Shown: in pieces, positions 1 to 10,307 of the stretch
How positions within the stretch are numbered: position 1 is the first letter of the stretch
How the letters are laid out: each line of letters starts with the position of its first letter
DNA from: an uncultured Gammaproteobacteria bacterium
Lineage (GTDB): Bacteria; Patescibacteriota; Patescibacteriia; SG8-24
Reading direction: 5' to 3'
Length of the DNA stretch: 64,000 bases
Assembly: GCA_964486995.1 (NCBI GenBank)
Contig: CAZAOV010000007.1
Coordinates: 699 to 64,698, forward strand
Program-made: the position numbers and the translations under genes
Notes under the pieces: model-generated
Told to the model about the DNA's origin: nothing
Databases searched by the model: none
What the model saw: only the letters and a program-made list of their open reading frames with translations

Positions 1-186
1 TAATCGCACAAATAGAAGCCGACTTGGCCAAGAGTCGGTTTTTGCTTTTTCTGCTAGATTTTCTTGCGCATATATTAAAGAGCAAGAGCACGAGAATAAG
101 GATGCGTCCTACGGGGTATATGGATAGCTTTTTTCATTTATAGAACATTGCTTTTTAAAAAGAGAACCTTTCGGTTCTCTGTTGCT

Positions 187-786
187 TCACGGTAAGGGCG
201 GCGTGTACTTTGTCACCTCACCCATACGGCGCCCGATGGCACGAATTAGTTGGCTCATCATGTACACCGGCACGTCGAGGTAGGCGGTCTGCGGATGGTT
301 GAACATTTGCGACGCCTGCTTTCCCAGCATGAAATCGTGGCCATTCGATACGTTTATAATCAGGTCAATCAGATCGTCCAGATCAGCTTCGCGAATGCTT
401 TCGTACACCTCGTCTTCCTTGTCGTTAAGGAAGTGGTCGGCAATTAGCTGGTCTGCTTCACGTCGTTCGTGTGGCGTGGAGCCTTTGAACGACACTTCCT
501 CCAGTCGGTCGCTCATCAACACGAATAGATTGGCCAGATGTTCGATGACGTAGTCTGTGAAAATTAGGTCCACCGGATTCGGCGGTTTGCGCCCGCTGTT
601 TGCGAGCCTACTCATTCCGCTGGCCAGTAAATCCACTAGCCGCATCACTTCGTCAGACGACATGCTCGACTGCAGAAATCTGCCGACCAGTTTTTTGGCT
701 GCATCGATTCGTTCATTTTCAGGATTCGCCAGGTTGGTTGCCGTGCTGACAAGAATTGGAATCAGGTTCTGATAGTTGTATCCCAC
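187..786 (-). CDS. Hypothetical helical protein, paralog of 1013-1609 (start revised to GTG at 786)
   Basis: SD AGGAG precedes GTG at 786; the ORF-track TTG at 843 is part of a TTGACA-17-TAATCT promoter. Shares motifs with the neighbour (P.D..FTD, LD.P, G.R.G..TKY). Confidence 0.7.
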   Translation of the reverse strand: MGYNYQNLIPILVSTATNLANPENERIDAAKKLVGRFLQSSMSSDEVMRLVDLLASGMSRLANSGRKPPNPVDLIFTDYVIEHLANLFVLMSDRLEEVSFKGSTPHERREADQLIADHFLNDKEDEVYESIREADLDDLIDLIINVSNGHDFMLGKQASQMFNHPQTAYLDVPVYMMSQLIRAIGRRMGEVTKYTPPLP

Positions 787-1012
787 AGTATCTCCTGCGC
801 TAAAGAGCATATTTAGATTAGGGTCAGGTGGGGGTGGTGTCAATGTTTGAAGTGCGGGAGTTCGGGGATTCGGATAAACGAGGGATAAACGAATGGGTCA
901 TGTCCAACGAACAATAGTCCGCTCTCCTGCTTCCATACCTGGCATGTTATATCTCAGAGTCGAAGACTCTGTCCGCTCTAAAAAAAGAGAACCAGAAGTC
1001 CTCGCTTGTTAT

Positions 1013-1609
1013 CTAGTCGAATACTTTGCAGTACTTTGTCAGATCACCAAGTCGGTGACCCGCCGCGAAGTAGAACTGCGCCACGATTGCCATCGGGATG
1101 TCGAGCAGTGTGCTCTGGCCTTGCACCAGGTCATCGTCCGCTTCGTGCAGGTTTTCCGCGCTTTCGGCGAGCTTATCGATGAACCCGCTCATGGCCTTGA
1201 GGTCATGGTTCTTTATGTCGTTGATGAGATCCCGGCGGAAGTCGTCGATGCCCTGCTGGCGACGAAAATCCGCGATGATATCGCGGTCCTGCCGGGTCGC
1301 GCTGTGATCGGCGATTTTCTCGATGCGCTCGCCGATGGCGGTAAACACCGTCGCCACGCGCACCAACGGCTCGTCCGTGAATACGAAATCGTTCGGTCGA
1401 ACTGGTAGTCGCTTTTCATTTTTGAGCATCTTCATGCCCAGTGCCAGAGAATCGGTGATAACTGCGATGTCCGCGAAGTCAACGTAATCGCTCTGGATTT
1501 CCCGGGTCAACTTGTCGCCGGCAGCGACCCTCCGTGTCTCATCGAGCCGCGGGTCAAGCAGTTCCATAACCAAATCAGACATTCGTTCAGCAAACAGAGT
1601 AAACTGCAT
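1013..1609 (-). CDS. Hypothetical helical protein, paralog of 187-786
   Basis: 198-aa ORF, SD AAAGGAG, upstream TTGACA-17-TAAGAA; aligns by eye to the neighbour. Confidence 0.75.
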   Translation of the reverse strand: MQFTLFAERMSDLVMELLDPRLDETRRVAAGDKLTREIQSDYVDFADIAVITDSLALGMKMLKNEKRLPVRPNDFVFTDEPLVRVATVFTAIGERIEKIADHSATRQDRDIIADFRRQQGIDDFRRDLINDIKNHDLKAMSGFIDKLAESAENLHEADDDLVQGQSTLLDIPMAIVAQFYFAAGHRLGDLTKYCKVFD

Positions 1610-1917
1610 TTAGCACTCCTTTCTCTCTGAAATGAACAAGACAGCTTATTCTTAGTTTAGGCGGGACTTAGTGTCAATGTCTAAAGCAGATAATTGCAGA
1701 TTAGCGTTGAGCGTCTAGCGGAGAAGCGCAAGGGCAAAGCGGTATGCTCCAAGTGTTCTCTGTTGTTTTTTAGCTTACCTGCGCTCCTGTATTGCATCCT
1801 CGTTTTTATTGCGGTAATTGCCTTTTCATCTCTTCACACTTCACCGCTTTCGTGTTACTCTAGGTACGCTTTAGTAATGGCGGAATACACTTCTGCCGCT
1901 TCCAGTTTATATAATAT

Positions 1918-2574
1918 ATGAACATCACTTGGTACGGATATTCATGTTTCAAGATGGAATTCGGTGTGCGCAGCAGCGATAAAGTTTCGTTAGTGACCGA
2001 TCCATTCGAGAAAGAGGGAAGGAACGGTATGCCGCGTACGTTGTCGGCCGATATTGTCACGGTCAGTCATGACCATAAGCGACATAATAACGTCAAGGAC
2101 ATTGTTGGTGATCCGTTCATTATCGAAGGTCCGGGCGAATACGAGGTTAAAGACGTCATGGTGACCGGAGTTAAGGCTTGTCACGACGACAAGGATTGCA
2201 CGGTGCTGGGACCTAACACCATCTACTACATCATCGCCGATGGTTTGCATGTCGTGCACTTGGGTGACCTGAACCACAAGCTCAGCGAGAGCCAGTTCGC
2301 CCATATTCATAATACCGACATACTTTTCGTGCCGATTGGGGGGAAGGACACGCTCGATGCCAAGGCAGCGGTCGAGGTAATTGGCCAGTTCGAGCCGCGC
2401 ATCATCGTGCCAATGCACTACAAGTCCGGTCGGTGGGGCGCGGGCATGGATGGCCTAGATCCTTTCCTTAAGGTGTTGGGGGCGGCCACACCCGAGGTCG
2501 TAAATCGTCTCAAAATTACATCGCGTGACCTGCCACAAGAAGAGACCAAGATAGTCATAATCGAACCACAATGA
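1918..2574 (+). CDS. MBL-fold metallo-hydrolase (Lactamase_B_3-like)
   Basis: ITWYGYSCF, TDPF, SHDHKRHN, GPGEYEV, HLGDL and PMHY motifs. Confidence 0.9.
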   Translation: MNITWYGYSCFKMEFGVRSSDKVSLVTDPFEKEGRNGMPRTLSADIVTVSHDHKRHNNVKDIVGDPFIIEGPGEYEVKDVMVTGVKACHDDKDCTVLGPNTIYYIIADGLHVVHLGDLNHKLSESQFAHIHNTDILFVPIGGKDTLDAKAAVEVIGQFEPRIIVPMHYKSGRWGAGMDGLDPFLKVLGAATPEVVNRLKITSRDLPQEETKIVIIEPQ

Positions 2575-2990
2575 CGAATCCAATGCCCTTACCAAATCCT
2601 GATAAAAATCCAGAGCGGTCGGATGAAGACAAGCGACGCAAGCAAGCCACATTGGCCATTGCGGTCATTACTGCTACGTCGTTTATAGTGGTGGCCTGGA
2701 TAATGTTTCTGCCGTTCCAGCTACAGAAGTTTAGTGTGCTAAGCGACGAGGAGATGGCGCGATGGCAAGAAATTCGCGAAGAAGCGAAGGGTAATGAAGG
2801 GGCTTCACTGCGCGAAGCCATGGATGGTTTGCGTGATTCGTATGACTCACTTGAGGGGCGGTATCAGGAAAGCAACAATATTGATTACGAAGCAGGGCGG
2901 GTCTCAGATGAGACCAGGGAAAAACTTAGACAAGCGATTGAGAAGTACCAGTCGCAAGGAGATACCGGCACAATTGCCGAAGAAGAATAG
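2571..2990 (+). CDS. Hypothetical single-pass membrane protein
   Basis: ATGA overlap with the upstream gene; one TM segment followed by a charged helical tail. Confidence 0.75.
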   Translation: MTNPMPLPNPDKNPERSDEDKRRKQATLAIAVITATSFIVVAWIMFLPFQLQKFSVLSDEEMARWQEIREEAKGNEGASLREAMDGLRDSYDSLEGRYQESNNIDYEAGRVSDETREKLRQAIEKYQSQGDTGTIAEEE

Positions 2991-3008
2991 TGTATTGATT
3001 TGAAACAC

Positions 3009-5648
3009 ATGCCAGCTAAGAAGGATAAAAAGGCTAAGAGGGGCAAGAAGCCTGATAAACCCAATAAGAAGACGCCAGCCAAGAAGGCTGGTGATTCGGC
3101 TAAGAAAGCTGATAATAAGGCCAAAGGCTCAGAAGTTCGGAAGACCGGAAAGGCAGAGAGTGCTCCGGCTCCGCGTAAAGAGACTCAGACAGCTTTGGCG
3201 ATTGATGGTCCGGTGGCGAGCAAGGTATTGGATCGGTCGATTAGTGCGGAGATGCAGGAGTCTTATTTGGATTATGCGATGACCGTGATTGTGAGTCGTG
3301 CTTTGCCGGATGTTCGTGATGGTCTGAAGCCGGTGCATCGCCGTATTCTATATGCGATGTGGAAGATTGGCCTCAAGCCGAGCGCCAAGTTCCGTAAGTC
3401 CGCGACCGTGGTTGGTGAAGTGCTTGGTAAGTATCATCCGCACGGTGACCAGGCGGTGTACGATTCGTTGGTGCGCATGGCACAGGATTTCAGCATGCGT
3501 CACATGCTGGTGCGCGGCCAAGGAAACTTTGGTTCCATGGACGGCGACTCAGCCGCGGCCATGCGTTATACCGAGTGCAAGCTGGCTGGCATTTCCGAGG
3601 AGGTTTTAACTGATATCGAAAAAGGTACCGTCGATTTTATTCCGAATTACGACGGTGAGCATAAGGAACCGACCGTGTTACCGGCCAAATTGCCGAACCT
3701 GTTGCTGAACGGAACGGTTGGTATCGCGGTGGGTATGGCGACCAGCATTCCGCCGCATAATCTCGAAGAATTATGCGATGCAATTTTGCATTTACTGGAC
3801 GACGGCGACGCTACAGTGCAGGACTTGATGAAATACGTGAAAGGTCCGGACTTCCCGACCGGCGGAATTATATATGACAGGCAGGCGATCGAGACTGCAT
3901 ATACCACCGGGCGGGGTGGTATCGTGGTGCGCGCCAAAACTGAAATCGTTGAACAGAAGGCCGGCAAGTATCGCATCGTAGTGAATGAGATTCCGTACAT
4001 GGTAAACAAGGCAACGCTACTCGAGAAAATCGCCACGCTCGTACAAACTAAAAAGATTGACGGCATCAAGGACCTGCGCGACGAGTCTTCTAAGGAAGGC
4101 GTGCGCGTCGTGATCGATCTGAAGAAAGATGCTTATCCAAAGAAGGTGCTGAACCGACTGTTCCAGATGACCTCGTTGCAGGATACCTTCCATGTTAATC
4201 TGATGTCTTTGGTGGACGGTATTCAGCCGCGCGTGCTGAACCTGAAGTTGGCGTTGGAGCAGTTTATTATTCATCGCAAGGAAGTTATTCGCCGTCGCAC
4301 TGAGTTTGATTTAGCCAAGGCTGAAGCTCGAGCACACGTGTTGGAAGGCTTGAAGATCGCTCTCAACATGCTGGATGCGGTCATTAAGACTATTCGTGCC
4401 TCGTATGATCGTGAGGAAGCCAAGGCGAACTTGATTAAGAAGTTCAAGCTGTCCGAGATCCAGGCCGACGCGATTCTGGATATGCGCCTGCAATCGCTTG
4501 CTAACTTGGAACGCAAGAAAGTCGAGGATGAGCTGAAGGAGAAGATGAAACTGATTAAGGATCTGCAGGCAATTCTCAAATCTCCGAACAAGGTCATTAA
4601 TATCATCAAGGACGAGACCGAAGAGTTACGCAAGAAATATGGCGAGCCGCGTCGTACGGCGGTGGTGCCGCATGGCGTCAAGGATTTTGCGGCCGAGGAT
4701 TTGATTCCGAATGAACCGACCATCGTGATTATCACCAAAGATGGTTACATAAAGCGCTTGCCTCCGGATACGTTCCGTACGCAGACTCGTGGAGGAAAAG
4801 GCATCGCTGGCCTGAAGACTAAGGAGGAAGACATCGTTTCCGAGCTGTTCTCGACCACTACGCATTCAGATATGTTTTTCTTCACGACGCGCGGCAGAGT
4901 ATTCAAGCTCAAGGCGTATGACGTGCCGCAGACCACGCGCACCTCGAAGGGTCAGGCCATGGTTAACTTTCTTCAGCTGTCGCCAAACGAATGGGTGACG
5001 GCGGTGCTGTCGAGCGAGAGTTTCGGCGACGAAAAATACCTGTTTATGGCGACCGAGAAGGGAAGGGTCAAGAAAACCGAAATTTCCGAGTTTAAGAATA
5101 TTCGCAGTAACGGTTTGATTGCTATCAATTTGAACGAGAATGACCGATTACGGTGGGTTAAGGCCACGACCGGCGAGGAGCATGTGATGATTATCACCAA
5201 GAAAGGCCAGGCGATTCGGTTCTCAGAAAAAGACGTGCGATCGATGGGTCGTGTTGCGGCCGGCGTGCGCGGCATTAAGTTCAAGGGAGATGATGTGGCG
5301 GTTGGTATGGACGTTATTCCGCCGAAACTGGCTGACGGTAAGTTGGACGTTTTGGTGGTTATGTCCAAAGGATACGGTAAGCGAACCGATGTCAACGATT
5401 ACCGCCTGCAGGGTCGCGGCGGTAGCGGCATTCGCACGGCTCGCGCCACCACCAAGACCGGCGATATCATCCGAGGCATGGTGGTGAACAGTGCCGATGA
5501 TTCGGACTTGATGTGCGTTTCGACCAAGGGGCAGATTATTCGCTTGCCACTTAACACGGTCAGCCGACTCGGACGCGACACGCAGGGCGTGAAGGTGATG
5601 ACGTTCAAGGAGACGGGGGATAGCGTGTCGTCGGTGACGCTCGTGTAA
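3009..5648 (+). CDS. gyrA: DNA gyrase subunit A with Lys-rich N-terminal extension
   Basis: [29 protein letters not shown], catalytic AAMRYT, GyrA-box QTRGGKG, C-terminal pinwheel repeats. Confidence 0.98.
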   Translation: MPAKKDKKAKRGKKPDKPNKKTPAKKAGDSAKKADNKAKGSEVRKTGKAESAPAPRKETQTALAIDGPVASKVLDRSISAEMQESYLDYAMTVIVSRALPDVRDGLKPVHRRILYAMWKIGLKPSAKFRKSATVVGEVLGKYHPHGDQAVYDSLVRMAQDFSMRHMLVRGQGNFGSMDGDSAAAMRYTECKLAGISEEVLTDIEKGTVDFIPNYDGEHKEPTVLPAKLPNLLLNGTVGIAVGMATSIPPHNLEELCDAILHLLDDGDATVQDLMKYVKGPDFPTGGIIYDRQAIETAYTTGRGGIVVRAKTEIVEQKAGKYRIVVNEIPYMVNKATLLEKIATLVQTKKIDGIKDLRDESSKEGVRVVIDLKKDAYPKKVLNRLFQMTSLQDTFHVNLMSLVDGIQPRVLNLKLALEQFIIHRKEVIRRRTEFDLAKAEARAHVLEGLKIALNMLDAVIKTIRASYDREEAKANLIKKFKLSEIQADAILDMRLQSLANLERKKVEDELKEKMKLIKDLQAILKSPNKVINIIKDETEELRKKYGEPRRTAVVPHGVKDFAAEDLIPNEPTIVIITKDGYIKRLPPDTFRTQTRGGKGIAGLKTKEEDIVSELFSTTTHSDMFFFTTRGRVFKLKAYDVPQTTRTSKGQAMVNFLQLSPNEWVTAVLSSESFGDEKYLFMATEKGRVKKTEISEFKNIRSNGLIAINLNENDRLRWVKATTGEEHVMIITKKGQAIRFSEKDVRSMGRVAAGVRGIKFKGDDVAVGMDVIPPKLADGKLDVLVVMSKGYGKRTDVNDYRLQGRGGSGIRTARATTKTGDIIRGMVVNSADDSDLMCVSTKGQIIRLPLNTVSRLGRDTQGVKVMTFKETGDSVSSVTLV

Positions 5649-5685
5649 TTATTATTCTGCGGCTATTGCCAAGCACTTAATTTAG

Positions 5686-6501
5686 ATGTCAGCAAAAGGA
5701 CGTTTCACAACTTTCTTCCGCACGCTCGCCAAGAGCTGCTATGACATGGAATTCTATCGAGAAGTCCGAACCAGGCCGTGGTCTGATGCTTTCAAGTACG
5801 CCGCGGTCTTTTTCGTTCTGATTACGTTCGCCATCGTACTGTCGGCGGCACCGGGTTCGTTTATGTTTTTGTCCGACGCGAAGAGCGAAATCCGAGATAA
5901 TATGCCAGACGGCACAGCGTTCGAGATAAAAAATAACATCTTTTCGACCACTCTGGAGCCAGCCACTGAGTTTGGTGGCGATGAATTTATTTTGATTATC
6001 GACGATACAATTTCCGGAAAGGATTTTCCGAAAGCGTTTGAGGACCGTATCGGTATTTTTATCGGACGCGACGCGGTATTTACTCAAGAGCCCGATAATA
6101 CGCGCGAAATCATGACATTTGAGGATGCGCCTGAGTTCGAGTTGACCAAACAGCAGATGTTGCAGTGGCTCAGTCGGTATGGCGCGCCAGTAATTGTGTT
6201 GATGCTGTGGCTAGTATGGCTATTCAGTTATTTTTTCTCGTTGCTGAGTGCATTGGTATCCATATTATTTATGTCGGTGATTTCATTGCTGGCTGGTCGG
6301 GCCTGGAAAGTTAACCTGAACTATAAACAGTGGCTGGCGGTAGGGTTTCATGCGATTACGTTGCCAACCATTTTGGATTTTCTGTTCACTTCATTTGGGT
6401 TGGATGTGCCGTTCCTGATGCCGGTGGTATTCTTTATGTTCATTTTTGCGGTGCTGTCGGATGAGCGGGCGCGACCGGTCAAACCAGAACCCGCCAAGTA
6501 A
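5686..6501 (+). CDS. DUF1189-like membrane protein
   Basis: N-terminal TM, soluble domain, four C-terminal TMs, HAITLPT motif. Confidence 0.7.
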   Translation: MSAKGRFTTFFRTLAKSCYDMEFYREVRTRPWSDAFKYAAVFFVLITFAIVLSAAPGSFMFLSDAKSEIRDNMPDGTAFEIKNNIFSTTLEPATEFGGDEFILIIDDTISGKDFPKAFEDRIGIFIGRDAVFTQEPDNTREIMTFEDAPEFELTKQQMLQWLSRYGAPVIVLMLWLVWLFSYFFSLLSALVSILFMSVISLLAGRAWKVNLNYKQWLAVGFHAITLPTILDFLFTSFGLDVPFLMPVVFFMFIFAVLSDERARPVKPEPAK

Positions 6502-6517
6502 AGGAGGTGCCATCACG

Positions 6518-6583
6518 AAAAACCGCCAGACTTGTTTTAAGGGAGCAGCCTCGCTGTTGTCTAAAACAAGTCTGGCGGTTTTT
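6518..6583. repeat. Palindromic repeat family A (AAAAACYGYCAGACTTGTTTTA arms)
   Basis: 22-bp inverted arms; related copy at 33197-33262 and a half copy at 35779-35796. Confidence 0.85.
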
Positions 6584-6678
6584 GCGCAAGCTCGTGATGG
6601 GCGGACGCCTCAAAGCGCACATAAAAAAGAGCCGCGACATAGTCACGGCTCTTCGCGATGATCGACACGCCGGCCGGA

Positions 6679-6960
6679 TCAGACAGCCGAAGCGAACGGC
6701 CAGCGTATGCGCTTGCATCGACGGCGTTCTAGTGCCGCCTTCGCCCGGGTCAGCTGATCGGCGTTCGGACAGATGACGTGCACCTGCACCGGTTTTGGCG
6801 CGTCGCTGGCTCTGCTCGCACGGACGCTGATTTTTATGCCCCGCGGCATCGTCAGATCGACGTTGTCCTCGTCGGGATGACCGAACATTGCGGCGAGAGA
6901 GCGGATTCGCCCTGTCGCCTCCTCGCGGCTTTCACAAAGAACGTACAATTCGTATGCCAT
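6679..6960 (-). CDS. Small hypothetical protein (93 aa)
   Basis: ATG at 6960 preceded by AAGGAGG; TTGACA-17-TATTGT promoter upstream. Confidence 0.65.
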   Translation of the reverse strand: MAYELYVLCESREEATGRIRSLAAMFGHPDEDNVDLTMPRGIKISVRASRASDAPKPVQVHVICPNADQLTRAKAALERRRCKRIRWPFASAV

Positions 6961-7139
6961 GTCTCTCCTCCTTTTTGCTAGACAGACATTGCACAATAGC
7001 ATAAGTTAACTTCGTTGTCAAGCCTTCTAAGCTTTAAATTAGCCAAAATTAGACTTATGTGGGCTGTTGACAGTTCAGGTAAATAAGGATAATGTATGCG
7101 ACTGGTTCTTTGACCTCGGGTGTTAGAGAGGGGAGTAAG

Positions 7140-8225
7140 ATGGCTCAACTGCATATGAGAATTGCGGTCGTTGCGAGCCCAAATACGGGCTCGTTTCCAG
7201 TTTTTGAAAGGCAAATCGCGCCACTTCTGATGGGGCGGCCGGACACCAGGATTTCTCTTACTTCGAACGCCAGAGAGCTCGTCCAAGCCATGGATGACAT
7301 CTTTGAGTGGCAGCCAGATATCATTATCATCTGTGGTGGTGACGGTGCCATGCACGTTTGCCTGTCCGCGGTCGCGGATCGGTACCAAGGTGCACAGCGG
7401 GAGATTCCGCTGATTCTGATGCTGGCACTAGGCACCATGAACGACGGTGCCACCGCGCTCGGTGTGGCGCGCAATCCGGTTGGTTTGCTCCACCGCGTGC
7501 TCAAGAAGATTGATCAGGGCAAGGGTCTGAAGACACGCCTGTTCCGGCCGATGACCGTAAATGGCATGTGCGCGTTCCTGTACGGTTCCGGTTTGCCGGT
7601 GGCGTTTTTGCAACGCTACTATCGGGACAAGCCACCCGGCGCAATTGGTGGTCCGATCGGCAGTGGCATGACCGTCGGCACTGTTATTTGGTCCGAGATT
7701 CTTCTTGCGCTCGGTCTGGCTACGTCTGAAGGCTGGTTTCATCGCCTGCTCGAGATCGTCGGGCTACGCGAAGCCACGGGTCCGGTCAACCGCCTGCTCG
7801 AGGAATTTGGTCAGCTTGATGCGCGGGAATGGGGTGACAAGGACGTCACTATCAAAGTGGCTTCGCCGTACCATCCCGATGGCGCGGAGTTCGAGCGCTA
7901 CACGGGTTTGATGGCTACGGTCATCGATCAGGTCGGTATGGGCCTACGCGCGTTTCGAGATGCCATGAAGCACTCCGGCAGTTTCACGCTCCGCATCACC
8001 GATCTCGGCCTGGCCGAGATTCTGGCCGTGGCTCCCGCTATCCTCACCGGCATGCCGGTCGATGGTATCGAGGACCATGTTCTCAAGGAGGCCATCGTTC
8101 AATATAGCCGCCCGACCGTGCGCATGATTGATGGGGATCTTAAGGATCCGGCCAATGACTCTTCGCTTCATCCGACACGCGATGTATTGGGGATGGGACC
8201 TACGCTGGAAATTATCACCGGTTAA
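7140..8225 (+). CDS. Diacylglycerol/lipid kinase family (DAGK_cat) protein
   Basis: SPNTG, GGDGA, LGTMND and IDGD motifs; SD GGGGAG before ATG at 7140. Confidence 0.8.
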   Translation: MAQLHMRIAVVASPNTGSFPVFERQIAPLLMGRPDTRISLTSNARELVQAMDDIFEWQPDIIIICGGDGAMHVCLSAVADRYQGAQREIPLILMLALGTMNDGATALGVARNPVGLLHRVLKKIDQGKGLKTRLFRPMTVNGMCAFLYGSGLPVAFLQRYYRDKPPGAIGGPIGSGMTVGTVIWSEILLALGLATSEGWFHRLLEIVGLREATGPVNRLLEEFGQLDAREWGDKDVTIKVASPYHPDGAEFERYTGLMATVIDQVGMGLRAFRDAMKHSGSFTLRITDLGLAEILAVAPAILTGMPVDGIEDHVLKEAIVQYSRPTVRMIDGDLKDPANDSSLHPTRDVLGMGPTLEIITG

Positions 8226-8426
8226 GGCGGCTGCGAACTATCGACCGCCCTCGTAAAGAGGGCAGTTTTTTTGTCCCAGGAAACCTCGGGTGGAGCCTCA
8301 GCGGAATGCGTGGAGAGGGTCATTCCCATCTTCTATCCTCTACGCTTGACAGCGCAACCAATTTTAGTTATATTGAACCCGCTTTAGAGTCGAAACAGAT
8401 ACGATTCAGCCTTAAAAATGGTATAT

Positions 8427-8642
8427 ATGTCAGTCCCAGCACGACGACAAACTGCTTCAAAGAGAAAGCGCCGGAACTCACATTCTGGGCTTAAAAAAGC
8501 AAATTTGGCCGCTTGCCCCAAGTGCAAGCAGCCCAAGTTGCAGCACAAGGCCTGCGCCAACTGTGGCACATACTCCGGTCGCCAGGTTCTGCAACTAGAT
8601 AATCCGCTCGATAAGAAGGGTGGTAAATCAGGCAAGAAATAG
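8427..8642 (+). CDS. rpmF: 50S ribosomal protein L32 (Zn-binding form)
   Basis: MSVPARRQTASKRKRRNSH and CPKC...HKACANCG.Y.GRQV. Confidence 0.95.
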   Translation: MSVPARRQTASKRKRRNSHSGLKKANLAACPKCKQPKLQHKACANCGTYSGRQVLQLDNPLDKKGGKSGKK

Positions 8643-8877
8643 CATGAACGGCGCGTATTCATCCACGCGCCGCTTTGCATTGAGTGTCAAGAAACAATCC
8701 AAGTAGATGAGCATGCAAGTCTAGTAGTGCAGGGACACGTAAGATCTGAGCATAGAAGGCTAGCGTACTCGCACGCAGTGATTGATACGAATCAGGAGGT
8801 ATTCCTCGCCACTGCATTTCATGGGTAAAAGTACATATAAATGTATAATATAATCATAGACCTTTGGGCTAAACATT

Positions 8878-9411
8878 ATGTCAAATAGACATCTCGCTCG
8901 GACCATTTCCATGCAGACCCTGTATCAGTGGGATTTTAATGGTCAAAAAACTAAAAAAATTCCGGAGTATGTCAATTCCAATCTGAAGGATTTTGCGCCG
9001 GATTTTGACGACAAGGGATTTATCGCCGAACTGGTGGAGAACGTGGTGTCCAAGATTGAGGAAATCGACACCATCATCACCAAGTACGCACCAGACTGGC
9101 CGATTGACCAGATTACAAATGTTGATCGCAATATTTTGCGAATCGGCGTTTACGAGCTTAAGTTCTCCGACACAATTCCTTCCAAGGTGGCGATAAACGA
9201 AGCTATTGAATTAGCCAAGACGTTTGGGGGCGAATCGTCCGGTCGTTTCGTAAATGGCGTGCTCGGCGCGATTTACAAGGACATAATTGCCTCGGATGAG
9301 ATTAAAGAAGTCGATAAAGTTGAGAAACCGACCCGAAAAGAAAAAGAAGATACTGCCAAAGAAGAAGGGGAGAAGAAAGAAGCTACGTTGCCAGAGAAGA
9401 AAGAAGAATAA
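8878..9411 (+). CDS. nusB: Transcription antitermination factor NusB
   Basis: RHLAR...[25 protein letters not shown]...SGRFVNGVL. Confidence 0.97.
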   Translation: MSNRHLARTISMQTLYQWDFNGQKTKKIPEYVNSNLKDFAPDFDDKGFIAELVENVVSKIEEIDTIITKYAPDWPIDQITNVDRNILRIGVYELKFSDTIPSKVAINEAIELAKTFGGESSGRFVNGVLGAIYKDIIASDEIKEVDKVEKPTRKEKEDTAKEEGEKKEATLPEKKEE

Positions 9412-9490
9412 ATTAACCATAAAGTTGAAAGCAGTGAAGAATAAGTCTTTAAATCTTTTAACCTTATAACCTCAATAATAATACTGCCCC

Positions 9491-9547
9491 GGCGGCCATG
9501 GCTGACGGCGAATCTTTAATCGCGATTCGCCATGAGCGATGGTTGTC
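9491..9547 (+). promoter_or_regulatory. Long imperfect stem-loop in the rnc leader (candidate RNase III autoregulatory site)
   Basis: GGCGGCCATGGCTGACGGCGAATC pairs with GATTCGCCATGAGCGATGGTTGTC, about 50 nt upstream of rnc. Confidence 0.55.
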
Positions 9548-9597
9548 CAAATTTCGTCGGGACGCTAGCGTATGGTCACTAGGCTGGCCATAAAGAT

Positions 9598-10296
9598 ATG
9601 GACAACATAAAAGATTTTTCGCCACTCGAGGAACGAGTCGGCATCAAGTTTGATAATCGCGAAGTTCTAACTCAAGCGTTTGTTCACCGTTCGTACCTGA
9701 ATGAGCATCCGGGATTTGAAATTGGGCATAACGAGCGTCTGGAGTTTCTGGGTGATGCAGTGTTAGAGCTCGCGGTTACGGAATATCTCTACGAAAAATA
9801 TCCTAATCCCGAAGGCGAGCTCACCAATTGGAGAGCCGCTTTAGTTAACGCCAAGTCGTTGGCTAAGGTGGCCGCCGAAGTGGGGCTTGAAGATTATTTG
9901 TATCTGTCGCACGGCGAAGCCAGAGACTCGGGCAGTAAAGCGCGCAACTATATTTTAGCTAACGCCATGGAAGCGTTTATTGGTGCCATATATATAGATA
10001 AAGGAATGGAGGTGGCCGCCGAATTCATAAATAAATACATCATCTCGATGCTGGCAGAGATTCTGGAGAAGAAGCTATACATCGATCCCAAGAGTCGATT
10101 CCAGGAGAGTGCGCAAGAGTTGGTTGGCGTTACTCCGAGTTATCGGGTAATCAAGGAAATTGGACCGGATCACGCCAAGGAATTTACGGTTGGAGTTTAC
10201 TTGAACGACGAGCTGGTGGCCGAGGGACTGGGCACTTCTAAGCAAGAGGCGCAGATCGCTGCCGCCGAAAATGCACTCAACGCTAAAAAATGGTAG
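9598..10296 (+). CDS. rnc: Ribonuclease III
   Basis: NERLEFLGDAVL signature and C-terminal dsRBD (GPDHAKEF, SKQEAQ). Confidence 0.98.
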   Translation: MDNIKDFSPLEERVGIKFDNREVLTQAFVHRSYLNEHPGFEIGHNERLEFLGDAVLELAVTEYLYEKYPNPEGELTNWRAALVNAKSLAKVAAEVGLEDYLYLSHGEARDSGSKARNYILANAMEAFIGAIYIDKGMEVAAEFINKYIISMLAEILEKKLYIDPKSRFQESAQELVGVTPSYRVIKEIGPDHAKEFTVGVYLNDELVAEGLGTSKQEAQIAAAENALNAKKW

Positions 10297-10307
10297 AATG
10301 GGGACGT

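Noticed and set aside
787-843. ORF-track start at 843
   Set aside because: That TTG is the -35 box; GTG at 786 has an SD and matches the paralog length.
8643-8828. Open frame continuing past the rpmF TAG (contains LCIECQE, DksA-finger-like)
   Set aside because: No start codon, only half a zinc finger, and TAG terminates other genes here; likely chance or a tiny relic.
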